A DNA stretch of 64,000 bases. It comes from Schmidtea nova (Eukaryota). The position numbers and the translations under genes are program-made. Below the pieces are notes generated by a model. That model saw only the letters and a program-made list of their open reading frames with translations. It did not search any database and had not been told where the DNA came from. This document shows positions 11,701 through 24,794 of this stretch, in pieces (positions within the stretch are counted from its first letter, which is position 1; each line of letters opens with the position of its first letter). Location of the stretch: NCBI GenBank assembly GCA_044892505.1, contig CM097882.1, positions 161,696,001-161,760,000 on the forward strand. Direction: 5' to 3'.

Positions 11701-14700
11701 NNNNNNNNNNNNNNNNNNNNNNNNNNNNNNNNNNNNNNNNNNNNNNNNNNNNNNNNNNNNNNNNNNNNNNNNNNNNNNNNNNNNNNNNNNNNNNNNNNNN
11801 NNNNNNNNNNNNNNNNNTCTGCTAACGACAAAACAATTTCTATTTCTATTATTATAATTTAAAACATAATCCGTTACAATAAATTATAATGTCTTATAAT
11901 TTGACTGACTTGTGTATTTTGTTAAAAGAGATGCATTCTTTGGTCATCTGACCACAAAATAAGCTAATATAAGATTTTCTACACAAATGTGCAATTTCAG
12001 TCATCCGTATGTTAACTTTTTTTCCACCACTATATTATATATATGTGTGCGTGTGTATTCGAAATTCATTTTTACTGATTGTGTCTAAATATTAAAAATT
12101 TCGGTTTATATAAATATTGTCTGTTATATTGTAAGAAATAAAATATATTTTCATGCATATAACTTTAAATAAATATTTAAAAAGTCTGTAGCAATCCGTC
12201 ATGCATTGTCGACTAACTTACACCTTTTCTGATATAAAATACTGGTCTTTTACTGCATTCCTTTATAAATAGTAATTAATTAAATAATTTAATAAAAAAA
12301 ATACTTGGTAGAAAAGATCGTCTAAATTTATTTATAATTGTGGAAATGCGTTGTTGAAAATCTTTAATTAGAATATAATACAGAATATAATACAGCCATT
12401 TCACAAACTATTTCAAGTTTTGGGTTCATATAAAGAAACATGTACAATTTCAGCTTATTATAGTTTGCTATTTTTTAATTTTCATTTTCAGTAATTCTAT
12501 TTTCAAACATATTTTTGAAGATTTTCCAAATAATTATAATTTTTTCCCCAGAAAAACGTCATCTATTTACAAAAATCAAGCGAAAACACTTTGAAAATAT
12601 AAAATGTTTGTAAATAAATAATTAATTAAGACTATTATTAAGCACACAATTTTAGTTCGCAATTGTGGTTGCTATTATTTAAAAATCAGAACTCATATAC
12701 AGCCGACCAGTTGAGAAGGCATTTACTTTGATTTGACTTTTTCAGGTAGATCACGGTCAGTACTTTGGAAATCTTTCAGGCGAAAAGCTTTCAAAACTAT
12801 TCGAGAAACGACTTATTGTTATATTTGAGCGACTTATAAACAAACGTCTTCTTAGATTTTGTGCGTAAAGATGTGAAGAAACTGAAACCAAATAATGCAA
12901 CAATAGATTTGTAGTTCCATTCCAAATGTCGAGTTCTGTTAGATTGTGAAAAGTATATTTTCAAGGTATTTATTGTTTAGCCGCTCATTCATCCAATAAA
13001 CAATAGCTTTATACTTCCACGAAAAATACGAAGAAACAGCTGCTAAAAAAGTTCAGAAACGTCTTGCATCGAAATGCAGTATTTGAGATCAATGAAAATA
13101 CGAGGCCTTCCGTATTTGACAATATTTTGAAGGATTGGGAAATTAAGCAGATCTGAAAACGTAAGATTTAGTTGTTCAGAAATAATTTAAAGCAAATGTT
13201 GTAAAGTAAATATTTAATTGAAGCCAACAAAGAATGAGAACGGTGATTAGGAGAATTATCGACCTGCAGTTTACTATAAAAATTCTGACAAACATTGACA
13301 TTTGTTAAGGACATCCAATTTAGAAGGGACATCTGTGAACACTGGGTAAGGACGTTCTGAAACTTTCATTAACTATTCCTTTCCAATCTATTTTGTAATT
13401 TGAAGAAATTAGAACTAATCGTGGTGATTTTGACACTTTAAACAACTTATTTTTTTAATGTCACATTGCAGGAGCAGTATATAAGGCTACTCTGAGATCT
13501 ACAACGCAACAGCATTTTTTGGCTAAGCAGTCTATCCACAGGGCATCTATTAGCCTATTGTTTCTTCTAGAGGAATAAAAAAGACAGATTGGAAGAGTAA
13601 GAGAAATATGTTCTTTATAAAAGGTACGTTCTGAATGGAAGCTCTCTCAAAAGATCGTGTAAACCAATTTGAAATGTTTTAACGAGTGAAAGGTATTGGC
13701 ATGAGAAATAAGTAATTGCCGTTTTTAAAATTTTAAAAATTGATGTCTAATGGTGTAAGTTTTCAAAAACCGTGTATTTTCTTTTGTCTTTATTTGACCA
13801 TATCGAACTATTTTGACAACACGAAACAAACATTATTTTGAGTGGAAATCAATGGTAACATAGAAATTGTAGAGAAAATTGAAACATTCAATTTTTATTA
13901 CTTTCTGTCGAAATAAATTCGAAAGTTTAGTACGAGTATAGTTAGGTTATCGATAAAACTAATGATGTTCATTTTAAATTTATGCCATTTGAAAGCGATA
14001 TTTTTCATTTTCACACTACTTTTTTGGATTTTATGGTTGATTTAAATTTTTAGCGTCCTTAAAATGGAATGTCAAGTTGGAAAAATGAGCATTTTCGACA
14101 TTTGTTGCGATTTGCTTTTAATCGTGACACGGAGGATGCGAAAACCGCCGAAGGCTGCTCGCGAAAATTTCGTTGTGTATGAAGAAAGAAAGTTTCAAAA
14201 AATGCTCCTGTTTCCTCGTTGTGTTTGCTGAAGATCGAATGAATCAGCTTCTTTAAAATAAGGATTTAATCGTATAGAGTGTTGGATGAACAAATGACGT
14301 GAATCAAACGACCATCTTTATTCGATGGGAAATCCGAAAAACTCAGCGAATGGGTTCTGCGCGTGTTGAATGAAAACAACAAACTTTAGCGTTAACAAGT
14401 TTGCTTACGCGTCACAAATATACTTATGACTGCAAGTATGGAAATGCTGCATTTATGTCTACATGAAACCGCAAAAAAGATTGTTCCGTCTTAATAAGCT
14501 AGCAACATCGAGAGCAAGACTTTATTCTCGGAAGACGATGTTGCGTGTGTGTTTTGAGATTGTGAAGGCATTATCTAAGATGAACTTCTTGCGAAAAACA
14601 AGACCAATGAATCACAAATTGAACGGTACGACCCGTTGGGGACCTTAGGTTAAAATAAGAAAACGATTCTTCCATGAAATATAGAGACTATATCGAATAT

Positions 14701-17700
14701 CGTATGGCAAATATTTCAACACCTCTTCAGCCGATGAAATGTTACCACTGAACATCGGCAGCAAACAATTGTAAGATCCCTGATAGACTTGTGGTCAATC
14801 CCAGTACCAACTCGCGCTTTAGGTGCAATAATCCGATTATTTATACGATTTTCGGTATTTCGTCTTTTTTATCGTTAGCGCTTAGTTCGTGGGGTGACTC
14901 GACACAAATTCATAGGAGAAAAAGGGCAATCTCAATGTGTGAAAATTTTGGTGAAGTCAATCCTTTTTTCGGGTCAATTCAATTTGAGTTAAAAGATCAC
15001 TATAATACCATAATTAATCAATGTTAGATTCGGCTACAGGTTTATTTTCAATTTTTTAACCCCTTCCTTCTTTATTGTCACATTTACCCAACACCCAAAT
15101 CCCCCATAGTGACGTCATACTTTCTAAATTTATAATTTAATGTTTAATTCCTTTCTAATATTTTGTGCATTTTTTGTCAGGTTTGTTTTTTAAACGAATT
15201 AAAACGTTCATTTTTTCTCATTCTGCAATTAATAGGAGTTATAATATAAAGTATATTGTTTTGTAGTTAGCAGAGCTTATTAAAATAAAATAATAAGTTA
15301 ACAGTGTTAAGCCTTCTCCGCAATGTTTATTAATATGAAATATTTCGATCTTAAAAAGATCCCGATCACTCCAATATGAAATTCTTTCCAATTGACTTTC
15401 TACTTCTTGCTGGATATTTTCTTTCTCCTGAATTCTGATTTAATATTAATTATTGAAACGATAGCTCCAGAGAAATTTAAAGTTGAAAATTTCTTTAATA
15501 AATAATTTTGAGATATTTAATAAAGAACATTTTATTAAAAATTTTGAATTTTATGTAATTGTTTTTTTAATTTCTTGAAAATTTTTAATTTTGTATTTTT
15601 TAAATTTGTTAAAAAATTGTTTTTAAATTTTTTGAAAAATATAAATTTTAATTTTTTAACATGTTCGAATTTGAAGATTTTTAAATTTTAAAAACAAATA
15701 TTTTCGAGATATTTAATATAGAGAACATTTTATTAAAATTTTTGAATGTTATATGTAATTGTTTTTTTATTTTTTGAAAAGTTTTAAATTGTATTTTGTA
15801 TTTTTTAATTTTTTAAAAATATAAATTTTAATTTTTTAACATGTTCAAATTTGAAGATTTTTAAATTTTAAAAACAAATATTTTCGAGATATTTAATATA
15901 GAGAACATTTTATTAAAATTTTTGAATTTTATGTAATTGTTTTTTTTAATTTCTTGAAAAATTTTAATTTTGTATTTTTTAATTTTTTGAAAATTTTTAA
16001 TTGTATTTTTTAATTTTTTGAAAATTTTTAATTTTGTATTTTTTAAATTTGTTAAAAAATTGTTTTTAAATTTTTTGAAAAATATATTTTTTAATTTTTA
16101 ATTTTTTAACATGCTCAAATTTGAAGATTTTTAAATTTTAAAAACAAATATTTTCGAGATATTTAATATAGAGAATATTTTATTAAAATTTTTGAATTTT
16201 ACATGTAATTGTTTTTTTAATTTTTTGAAAAGTTTTAAATTGTATTTTGTATTTTTTAATTTTTTAAAAATTTAAATTTTTGATTTTTTAACATGTTCAA
16301 ATTTTTTATTTAAAAATTTTAAAAATAAATATAATATAGAGAACATTTTATTAAAATTTTTGAATTTTACATGTAATTGTTTTTTTAATTTTTTGAAAAG
16401 TTTTGAATTGTATTTTGTATATTTTTATTTTTTGTTTTTAAATTTTTTGAAAAATATAAATTTTAATTTTTTAACATGTTCAATTTTGAAGATTTTTATA
16501 TTTTAAAAACAAATATTTTCGAGATATTTAATATAGAGAACATTTTATTAAAATTTTTGAATGTTATATGTAATTGTTTTTTTTTAATTTTTTGAGAAAT
16601 TTAAATTTAAATTTTTGATTTTTTAACATGTTCAAATTTTTTATTTAAAAATTTTAAAAATAAATATAATATAGAGAACATTTTATTAAAATTTTTGAAT
16701 TTTACATGTAATTGTTTTTTTAATTTTTTGAAAAGTTTTAAATTGTATTTTGTATTTTTTAATTTTTTAAAAATTTAAATTTAAATTTTTTTCTTTTTTA
16801 ACATTTTTAAATTTGAAGATCAAAAAATTTTAAAAATAAATATTGGTTTTTAAAGTTTTTGAAAAATTTTAATTTTGTATTTTTTTAAAAATTTAATTTT
16901 AGTTTTAATTCTTTTAATTTTCAAATTTTAAGATGAAAAGTATTTAAATTTAATTTGTCTCGAGAATGAGTCTTAATTAGTTTATTAAATTTATATTAAA
17001 TTCATAAAGAAGTGATAAGTAAATTGGAAAGAATTTCGTATTGGAGTGATCAGGATCTGTTTAATATCGAAATATTTTAAAAAACTTTTACCTTATTATT
17101 ATAGTTATAATAATGTTCTTTTATTCATTTTACAACTGAAAAATAAACAATGCGTTTTCAATAAATAACCAGCCTAATTACAATGCCAGAAACCTTTGAT
17201 TGTGAATTTAGCAATCACAATAATGACAGCAAATTGATCACTTGTTGGCACATCATTATCCTAATATACCTATCGGAACTATTTTTTTTACCAAAAAAAC
17301 TAAAAAATGCGTGACATCACATTTGATAGAAGTCCCTCACTCCCCTTTGTCACATTTGCAACCTCCCCTCCCCATATATCCGTGACATCATTTAAGTACG
17401 ACCTCATAGCCAATAAAACAAAACACCGCCATCAAAAAGCTAAATTGGGAAATCCTGCCTGAATTGGCTCCGTCGGACTTCCATTTGTACCGATCCCCCT
17501 CCAACGATTTGCAAAGTGTTTCGTTCAATAATGGCATGGACTTTTTATAATCTGATTGGAATAATACTTCAAGTCAAGATTAGATTTTTATTGCTGATGA
17601 ATTGAAAAACTGGTTGAATGTCGGAAAGAAGTCGAAAATAACAACGGAAAACGGATTATTGATTAAATTTCTCATTATTTTGGTTAAAAATAAAGTTTTT

Positions 17701-17837
17701 ATATTTAGTAATACTAAATTAGTATTTATAATTCATTTATTATCAGAATAATAATGTTTTACGGCAAATTCCTAAATGGGATCATAACTTAAACTGTAAA
17801 AGACGTTATTTCATTTAGCATCGGTTAGAATTACTAT

Positions 17838-17896
<59 letters not shown>

Positions 17897-20358
17897 CGAA
17901 ATATTTGCTTACTATAATCTCAGCTGAATTAGGGCTAAGGTAACTATTTGTCATAAACCCAGTGAAGGTTTTAATAGCATAATGCAGCAACCCAAATGAT
18001 GCAACGACTGGAAAAATTTTCCAAATTGGCAAAAGCCTTGAAACTGGTTCCCGAAAGACAATAAACATTCTCCTGAAGCCTTCGAGAAGACATGTTATAA
18101 TACTTGTTGGCTCAGTAGATAAATCTGACTGGATATTTCAAATTTGGGAATAAAACAATTCAAATTGCTTACTTGGACAGTTTCAACAAGACTTGCAGCA
18201 TAGAATGGAGATAAAAGAACTAAAGAAATTCTAAGTCGGTATTATATTACTTTTCGTAAATTCAGCGCTCACCCTTTTAATATAAAGTGTTGACCGATTT
18301 TTTTCAATGAACTATGCTTGGAAATATCTCTGAATAATTAAAAATCATTTAGACTTAATCTTAAATTACTCGCTAGTTAATTTTATAATTTAGATCAGCG
18401 TTTCCTAACCTTTTTGACTTGTGGAGCCCTTTTTAGAATCAATTTCTGTTGCAGAGCTCCTTACACCTTATAAATAAATATTTAACTAGTTACTGGAAAA
18501 GGGGGTAGATAAAATTACATAACAAAACATAAAATAATCTTAAGCGTTTAATGAGACTTCCGTGGTTGTACTTTTTTACGCAGTTTACTTATATCAAATT
18601 TAATCGATGATAATTGCAGGCGAATATCTGGTTTAAGCGATTTCTGGATTTTGTTTTTGTTGCTGTATATGCGAAGAATCCCGATTTACATAAAAACTTG
18701 GTTGAGAAAGGTTGCAATAATAATTTTGCTTTCTCGGACAGAACTTTGAATTCACCTTGTAAATTCAGCGGATGCGGCTCCCCTGAGAAGTGCACGCAGA
18801 GTCTTAAGGGCTCCACGGATCACTGATTAGGAAACTCTGATTTAGATATTTTTAGTTTTTTAACCTTTGATCTATTTTTTACAAATAAGAAATTTTCTTT
18901 TATATAGACTTTGGATCAAAATTCTTTTTATAGCTCACGAATTTTTGGGCAGTCTTTATCATTTGTTATATTTTACTTAATCCTAAATAGTAGGTTTAGA
19001 TTTGATTTGATTTAAATTTAACAATGATTTTATGCAAGTTGAATGTTAATAGGCGGATTGTGTTTTTTGATTTAAGAAGTTTCGGAAGTTAATCTTTTTC
19101 AGGAACTTTTAAATCCGTCTTGTAAAAGTTGGCATTTTGTTTTGTCAATAGACGTGAACGTATTATGAACTTTCTCCAGATGTTCATGATGATTGCTGGT
19201 TTTGTTTTTAATGTGTTCACCAAGTCGAGTGCGGGAAATTCTGTTCGTTTATTACTATGTAAGCTGAGTCACATTTTAGGAGTTTGAGTTTATAAACTAT
19301 ATTTTTCGAAACGCGGAAACTTCTGGCAGTAGAATGACAAAGACAGTCATGTTTAAGCTTGATTATAAAGTTTGCAATTGTCAATTTTATTTTCAAGTTT
19401 AAAAATAGCAGCTATAAAATATTTTTTTGCATATTTTGTTTGAAAAACTGTCAATTATTAAAGGTCTGATTCTGTAATTTAAGTAATTATTTGTCGTAAA
19501 TAATATGCTCAAAATTTTAGATAAATATTTAATTTTGATAAACTACTTACTTCGGAAGGTTAAAGGCTTCGCTCAGCACTGTTTCACTGCCTATTCCCAT
19601 TAGCCAGAGACTTAGTGTACTACTTATCCCTTTCCATAAAGTCGGAAATCCCTAACATTTATAATGAATATCTAAAATTAAGAATCATACTTGGCTCTTG
19701 ACAAGTTTAAATGCAACTGGAATAACGGTAAAAGGTGTCCAGTGGAATCGTGCACTATCATGTCGAATCTATCACATGGAAATTTTATCTCAAAGTAAAT
19801 TTAAGAAACATAAAGTCTACTTGACACTGTCTTCTAATTACAATCCATGGATGAGAAAGAATAATTTGTCCTATAACTCTAAATAAAATAATGTTCAGAT
19901 AAATTCTCTATAATTTATAACATTTTAAATTAAATAAAGTTTTTTATTTCTTATTAATCTTTGTAAAAATTGTTTTTATCATATTTATTATCAAATATAG
20001 ATAATTTAATTACGTAATTTGTATCAAATATTTAATGTGTACACTAAAAATTAGAATTTTGCTATATATACTTGTTGAAACATAATTGTAAAATAAAATT
20101 TGAAATAATAAACTTATTAAACATTCTACTAGATTAAATTATAGCAAACTTGCCCGGAAACTCCAACTAGTATGCCAGCGAATTCATAATAAGATGTATT
20201 AGATTTTTCTAAAAATTTATATATTTTAAATATACTTTTTAATTATATTTATAACCAGATAGTGTATCTCCTTGAGAATTTACTTCATGTTCAATATTTA
20301 TCTCATCGTCTGAACTTTCGTTTTCATATCCTGTTGCTAATTCAGACCATGAAGTCAT
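7262..20358 (-). CDS. SLC25A46: Mitochondrial outer-membrane carrier-family protein SLC25A46 (9 exons, 384 aa)
   Basis: Exons 20358-20256, 20208-20154, 19878-19821, 19768-19691, 19651-19551, 18329-18273, 18230-18173, 18128-17913 and 7690-7262 join in frame at GT/GC-AG sites. Peptides FAGILVGVS, LSHPWIVIRRQCQ, TPFTVI, LWKG, SPFYAASLVETVQ, RLLPIW and FPMEVIVNRLCIQGTRVLIDN...GLYKGFGALVIQY match SLC25A46 as I recall it. Confidence 0.88.
8259..8511. repeat. Near-perfect palindrome, ~125-bp arms, 3-nt centre
   Basis: ...TCATTAGCTTACTATAG-TAA-CTATAGTAAGCTAATGA..., with arms extending to TAGATAGTCCA / TGGACTATCTA. Confidence 0.9.
8557..8757. repeat. (AAT)n and (TA)n microsatellites
   Basis: Read directly. 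Similar tracts occur at ~17845, 37430, 37600, 41725, 42565, 51120 and 55195. Confidence 0.95.
9010..9045. promoter_or_regulatory. Three tandem CRE palindromes (TGACGTCA)
   Basis: CTGACGTCATTACTTACTGACGTCATTACTGACGTCATC; function is not shown. Confidence 0.4.
10637..11900. repeat. ~44-bp inverted repeats bracketing two assembly gaps
   Basis: ATTATAAGATATTATAATTTATTGTAACGGATTATGTTTT at ~10640-10680 and its reverse complement at ~11860-11900. Confidence 0.6.
14045..14660 (+). pseudogene. Degenerate mariner transposase, N-terminal/central part
   Basis: Frameshifted MECQV..K-NEHFRHLL.FAFNR...AA.EI and K.LYSRKTML.V..DCEGII.DELL motifs. Confidence 0.65.
15336..17078. repeat. ~150-270-bp AT-rich tandem satellite enclosed by ~58-bp inverted repeats (foldback/MITE-like)
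   Basis: AAATATTTCGATCTTAAAAAGATCCCGATCACTCCAATATGAAATTCTTTCCAATT at ~15338 and its inverted copy at ~17020-17078. The unit marker AATATAGAGAACATTTTATTAAAATTTTTGAA recurs about 7 times. Confidence 0.75.
17445..17640 (+). pseudogene. mariner transposase C-terminal fragment
   Basis: PELAPSDFHLYRSPSNDLQSVSF, corresponding to the YSPDLAPSDYHLF motif. Confidence 0.7.
18396..18839. mobile_element. hAT-type MITE in an SLC25A46 intron
   Basis: Termini CAGCGTTTCCTAA / TTAGGAAACTCTG and an exact 8-bp TSD ATTTAGAT. Confidence 0.9.
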
Positions 20359-21112
20359 CGTTAAACTGAATATTTTATATGTAGCAATAGTTCTAAACAA
20401 ACTTTCAGATTTTTAGTTATTATTAAAACAAAGGTTTTATTTGTAAGTATTGAACATTTAACAAAAACTTTTAAAATATATTTTAAAACATTTGATACAT
20501 TTGTATTGTGACAAAAATTCTTTTAGAAAATTGTATTTAAATAAATAATTATTAATTTATATAAAAAGTACTTTTGGCAATCATAGTTTAATTTTAGTTT
20601 TGGTATAAAACTGTTGAATTAAAACTTTTGATCGATTACGAAAAAACTAAAATAATTTAGTTTAATGACGTAAAAAACCTCTAAATCTAAACATGCGCAT
20701 GAAGCCAACTTAAAATCTGACACAGACTCCAATTAATCCCTTAAAATATATGACAATAAATATATAGTTAAAATAAAAACACAAATTAAAAAATGCACGA
20801 AGTAACTACGAAATTACATAGAAAATAACACGATAACACATAGACGACTAAGAGCAGGAAGAGACCTCGAAAAACAAAATATTTATTATAGAAATGTGGG
20901 TTATGATAGTTTTATTGATTTTTTGAAGCTAATTTTAGGTGGGAATTTCAAAACAAGAATCGCAAATAATATTTAATTTCAATATGTAAATTTTTTATAT
21001 TTAAATTTATTTTTCTCATTAAATGTATTTAGTCAAAAAATCCAATTCGTGAATTCGTAACAGAATTCTCGGTATTATAACCATTAATATTACTTTTATT
21101 TTCTTTTAAAGG

Positions 21113-22190
21113 TGGTGGGTTGTTGACTGTCAATATGACCTTGACGTTGCTATCGCTCATATCAATAACTTAACATACAAAACCATCTTGTTGTACGTCA
21201 CAATGCAACGTTGGTAATGCAACAAATGTATTTCGCAATTCTATTACATAAAAGTATTCGCAATCAGTGAACGTCGAAAATTTAAAACTATGATTGACCG
21301 AATATCTCCTGGGTCCAAGGGCTACCGATAGAAGGTTTAGTGCCCATTTTTGCCCTTCTACGTTTTTACAATATCTTCTATTAGTTTACACAGATGAATT
21401 TAATTGTCCATATTTTACCCTTAAGATTCTTATGAAACCCGTTTAATCATTTATTCGTTCGCATCATACCAGCCATAACAAGAAAATAATTCAGAATTAC
21501 AGAAAATTTAAAACAATATATGCGAACTACAAAATCATAAATATAATTAACACTGATAACTCAACAAAATAAGTTGTTATCACACAAGTGTAATGTCAAT
21601 TGTCTCGATCGACAATTTGCATAACTGTCCTAGAAGACGCGCTTCTTGTCGACGCTTAACTTCGCGCTCTAACCCCCTTGCTGGGTTTCCAGCGCTTGGC
21701 CTTTACCGGTTGGGAGGTGCTATTATTTCCTCCTTAACCCTCACTGGAAGCAGTTCTTGGGTTGGCAGATTCATTTTTAGCACGACAACCGAAATTATGC
21801 CACTCTCCATCTGCAGTCTTGCGATGGTGGCCTCATTCTCTCGTATGGTGACTGGGTAGGCTCGCAGTCGCATGGTTTCTTCTGCTGCTTCTTGCAGCAA
21901 CATCTGGTTTTGGCGCTGGAGCTTGTCGACGGTCTCTTTATTCGACCAGGTCACCTCCATTTCACGGAAACGGGCTCTGAATTTTTCCATCCTCGATATC
22001 ATTATTCTTAATGCCTCTGCGTTCGCTGTTTTTTCTGTCTTGAGTTTTGCAAAGCACAGGTCAACCAATCGGTTGTGCCTGGGGTTTTCGACGAACATAC
22101 GCAATAGTTCTTCCAACTTTTGATCAAGATTCATTTCTAAAATTTTGTATATGACGTTTAATACGCATTAACTCTAACATTAAATATTTA
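21113..22190 (-). mobile_element. Orphan-ORF TG...CA family, copy C-left (truncated by Gypsy)
   Basis: Terminus TGGTGGGTTGTTGA; about 245 bp match 25503-25738 inverted; carries the coiled-coil ORF 21703-22134. Confidence 0.65.
21703..22134 (-). CDS. Orphan coiled-coil protein (TW-N-E family ORF2); C-terminus RRQEARLLGQL frameshifted at ~21590-21660
   Basis: Aligns by eye with 35931-36317 (RMEKF...TW.N.E...K.Q.Q..ML.....E....LR...I....A.IA.L....GII) and with 24795-25198. Confidence 0.6.
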   Translation of the reverse strand: MNLDQKLEELLRMFVENPRHNRLVDLCFAKLKTEKTANAEALRIMISRMEKFRARFREMEVTWSNKETVDKLQRQNQMLLQEAAEETMRLRAYPVTIRENEATIARLQMESGIISVVVLKMNLPTQELLPVRVKEEIIAPPNR

Positions 22191-22194
22191 ATTA

Positions 22195-24210
22195 TGTAGC
22201 CAAGGGGATAAAGACGAATGACAAGAAGATTAAAGAAATTAAAGATGCAGAGATACCGACATTCGCTAAACAATTGAGGTCGTTCCTGGGTATGACTAAT
22301 TACTACAGGAAGTTCATAAAAGATTACGCAAAGATTGCTGAACCGTTGTACGCAGCCACTTCCGGATGCGGAAAATGATTAATTGGTCAGAAGATTGCAA
22401 TAAAAGTTTTGAATTGCTTAAAACAAAATTATGTGAAGCCTCAATCCTGGATTATCCAAGAGTAGAGGACAAATTTATTCAGGACATAGATGCCAGTTTT
22501 GGAGCCATTGGAGCCGTTCTGTGTCAAGAAAGAGGAGACCATACAGAGGTGGTTATTGAGTATGGGTCAAGATATTTAATGGCACACAAAAAAGGGTATT
22601 GTGTGACAAGGAACGAATTGCTTGCAATACACGAATATGTCTTATATTTCAGACAATATCTATAAGGGAAGACTTTTTTAGTACGAATAGATCACAAAGC
22701 ACTAGACTTCATGAGATACACCAAGAAACCAATAAGCCCACAGTTTACGACATAGCTAGCTGACCTTTCCGGATATGACTTCGACTTACAATATAGGAAA
22801 GGAGAATAACATGGGAATGCAGACGATATCTCAAGGATCAAGGGGATGTTATGAAAAGGGGAGTTATATAAATTGTTGATTGTTTAAATAATCTAAAGAG
22901 AGGTTTATCTTTAATGCCAGACACAACATGAAGACGCGAAAGAGGAAAAAACAAGAGTTAGACATATTAGTATATTACAGAAGACTTAATCAATGACAAG
23001 ACTATTACACATGTCAAGGGTATTACTGGGAAAAGAGAATGGAGAAAATCTGAACAAGAAGAAATTCCCTTTTAATTTGCTGAAGAACACAAAATTTGAA
23101 AACGTATTATTACTGCTTGAGAAAGACGGAAAGGATGTAGTATTAGTACCATTTGACTACACTAATACATTAGTCAAAGATATACATAGAGAAATGTGTC
23201 ATATTGGAGTGAAGAAATTACCAAGTTACATGAGCGATTTATTTTTTTGGCCGAATATGCAAGGAACAATTCAAAGCTGTTTAAGATCATGTGAAATATG
23301 TTGTAAACGGAAGATAGTACAAGAGAAAACAAAGGAACGACTGATACCGATAATGAGTTCAGATTTCTTAGAACAACTGGTTGTAGATATAGCCCACATG
23401 AAATCTCAGGGAAGTTACAGATATTTATTAGTTATTATTGTCCGTTTTAACAAGATGGTTAGCGTAACTGCACTGGAAACACAAGATGAGAAATCGTTGT
23501 TCAAAGCCATATTAGAGAAGTGGATATATAGATTCGGTAAACCACGAAGTATTTTATCAGACAAAGGTAAGAATTTCGACAGCATGTTCGTGAAGACACA
23601 TCTAGCAAAGTTAAGCATCGAACAACACCTGAGCTCACCATACCAACACCAATCGAATGGGCTGGTGGAAAGGACAATACGAACAGTCAGAGACTTATTA
23701 ACAACTTCTATATTCAGTGGATTAGGGGAGAAAATTGGGTAGATTTACTCCCACGTATAGAATTTTGTATCAATGCAACAACACAGAGTACAACAGGATT
23801 CTCACCATTCGAAATTGTTTTCGGGAGGAAAGTTAATCTCCATTCAACACTACCAAACAAATTTGAACGCAACCGAAATACGCAAGCAGGTTCTAGCAAA
23901 CAGTGAAAGAGCAGCAAAACGAATGAAAGAAACAGAGACGCATAGAAGGACGCATAGAACTTTTGAGATAGGGGAAAAAGTATTGGTTCAGAAAGAACCA
24001 CAAAATCGGGACAAAGATGGCCTTCAGTACGACGTTCCGTTCGTAATATCAAGATTTTTGTCAGAACACCAAGTGGAGCTGATCGATGGAGATTCAAAGA
24101 AACTTCGACTTATCGAATGGCTGAAGAGATGGGCAAATCCTTAAAGAAAGGGGGAGTTATATTAATTGTTGATTGTTTAAATAATCTAAAAAGAGGTGTA
24201 TTTTTAAATA
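22195..24210 (+). mobile_element. Ty3/Gypsy pol relic (RT thumb/connection, RNase H, integrase) with PPT
   Basis: LRSFLGMTNYYRKFI; DASFGAIGAVL...ELLAI; HHCC zinc finger (HREMCH...CEIC); integrase VVDIAH / SDKGKNF / SNGLVERTIRT; GPY/F-like tail; purine tract AAGAAAGGGGGAG at ~24145. Stops and frameshifts are present. Confidence 0.92.
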
Positions 24211-24794
24211 AATTATTATCTTGAAATTTATATTTTTAATGAATTCAGAAGGAGACATAACTATGTGAACTAGAAATTATTCTCAGAAAGTTTTCGAGAA
24301 CATAAAGCTGATTGCTATAAAACCTATAAGCTATATTTATGTTGAGTTTTCACTAAAATTCTATTACATAAATGAAAACTTTACTAGTATACATTAATAT
24401 CATTTGAAAAATAAAGCCATACTGCATAATCTTTTAATAAATCAAAAGAAACTCCCAGAGTAATTGTCATAAGAGATAACATCCATAAATTCATATATTT
24501 CCAAAATCTATGAAAGTACACTCAACCGAGAACGAAGGATTGACTCTGCGAATTATTGATGACGATAATACTTCTTTCGTAGCCATCGGCACAAGAGATT
24601 CACGAGATAATCTTTCTTTGAACGATTATTCCTTAGTCGAAAAAAGAATCATAGTTGGAAAAAAGCATAATAAGGGAAAGCATAGCAGAAGATTGAATTG
24701 TTTTCTTTTCACGAAGATGATAAGTTTTTGCTTCGTTTAGAAGGATAGTGTGAGTGGTTGGCTTCAGTGATGCTCTGATGATTTTTGTAGCTGT

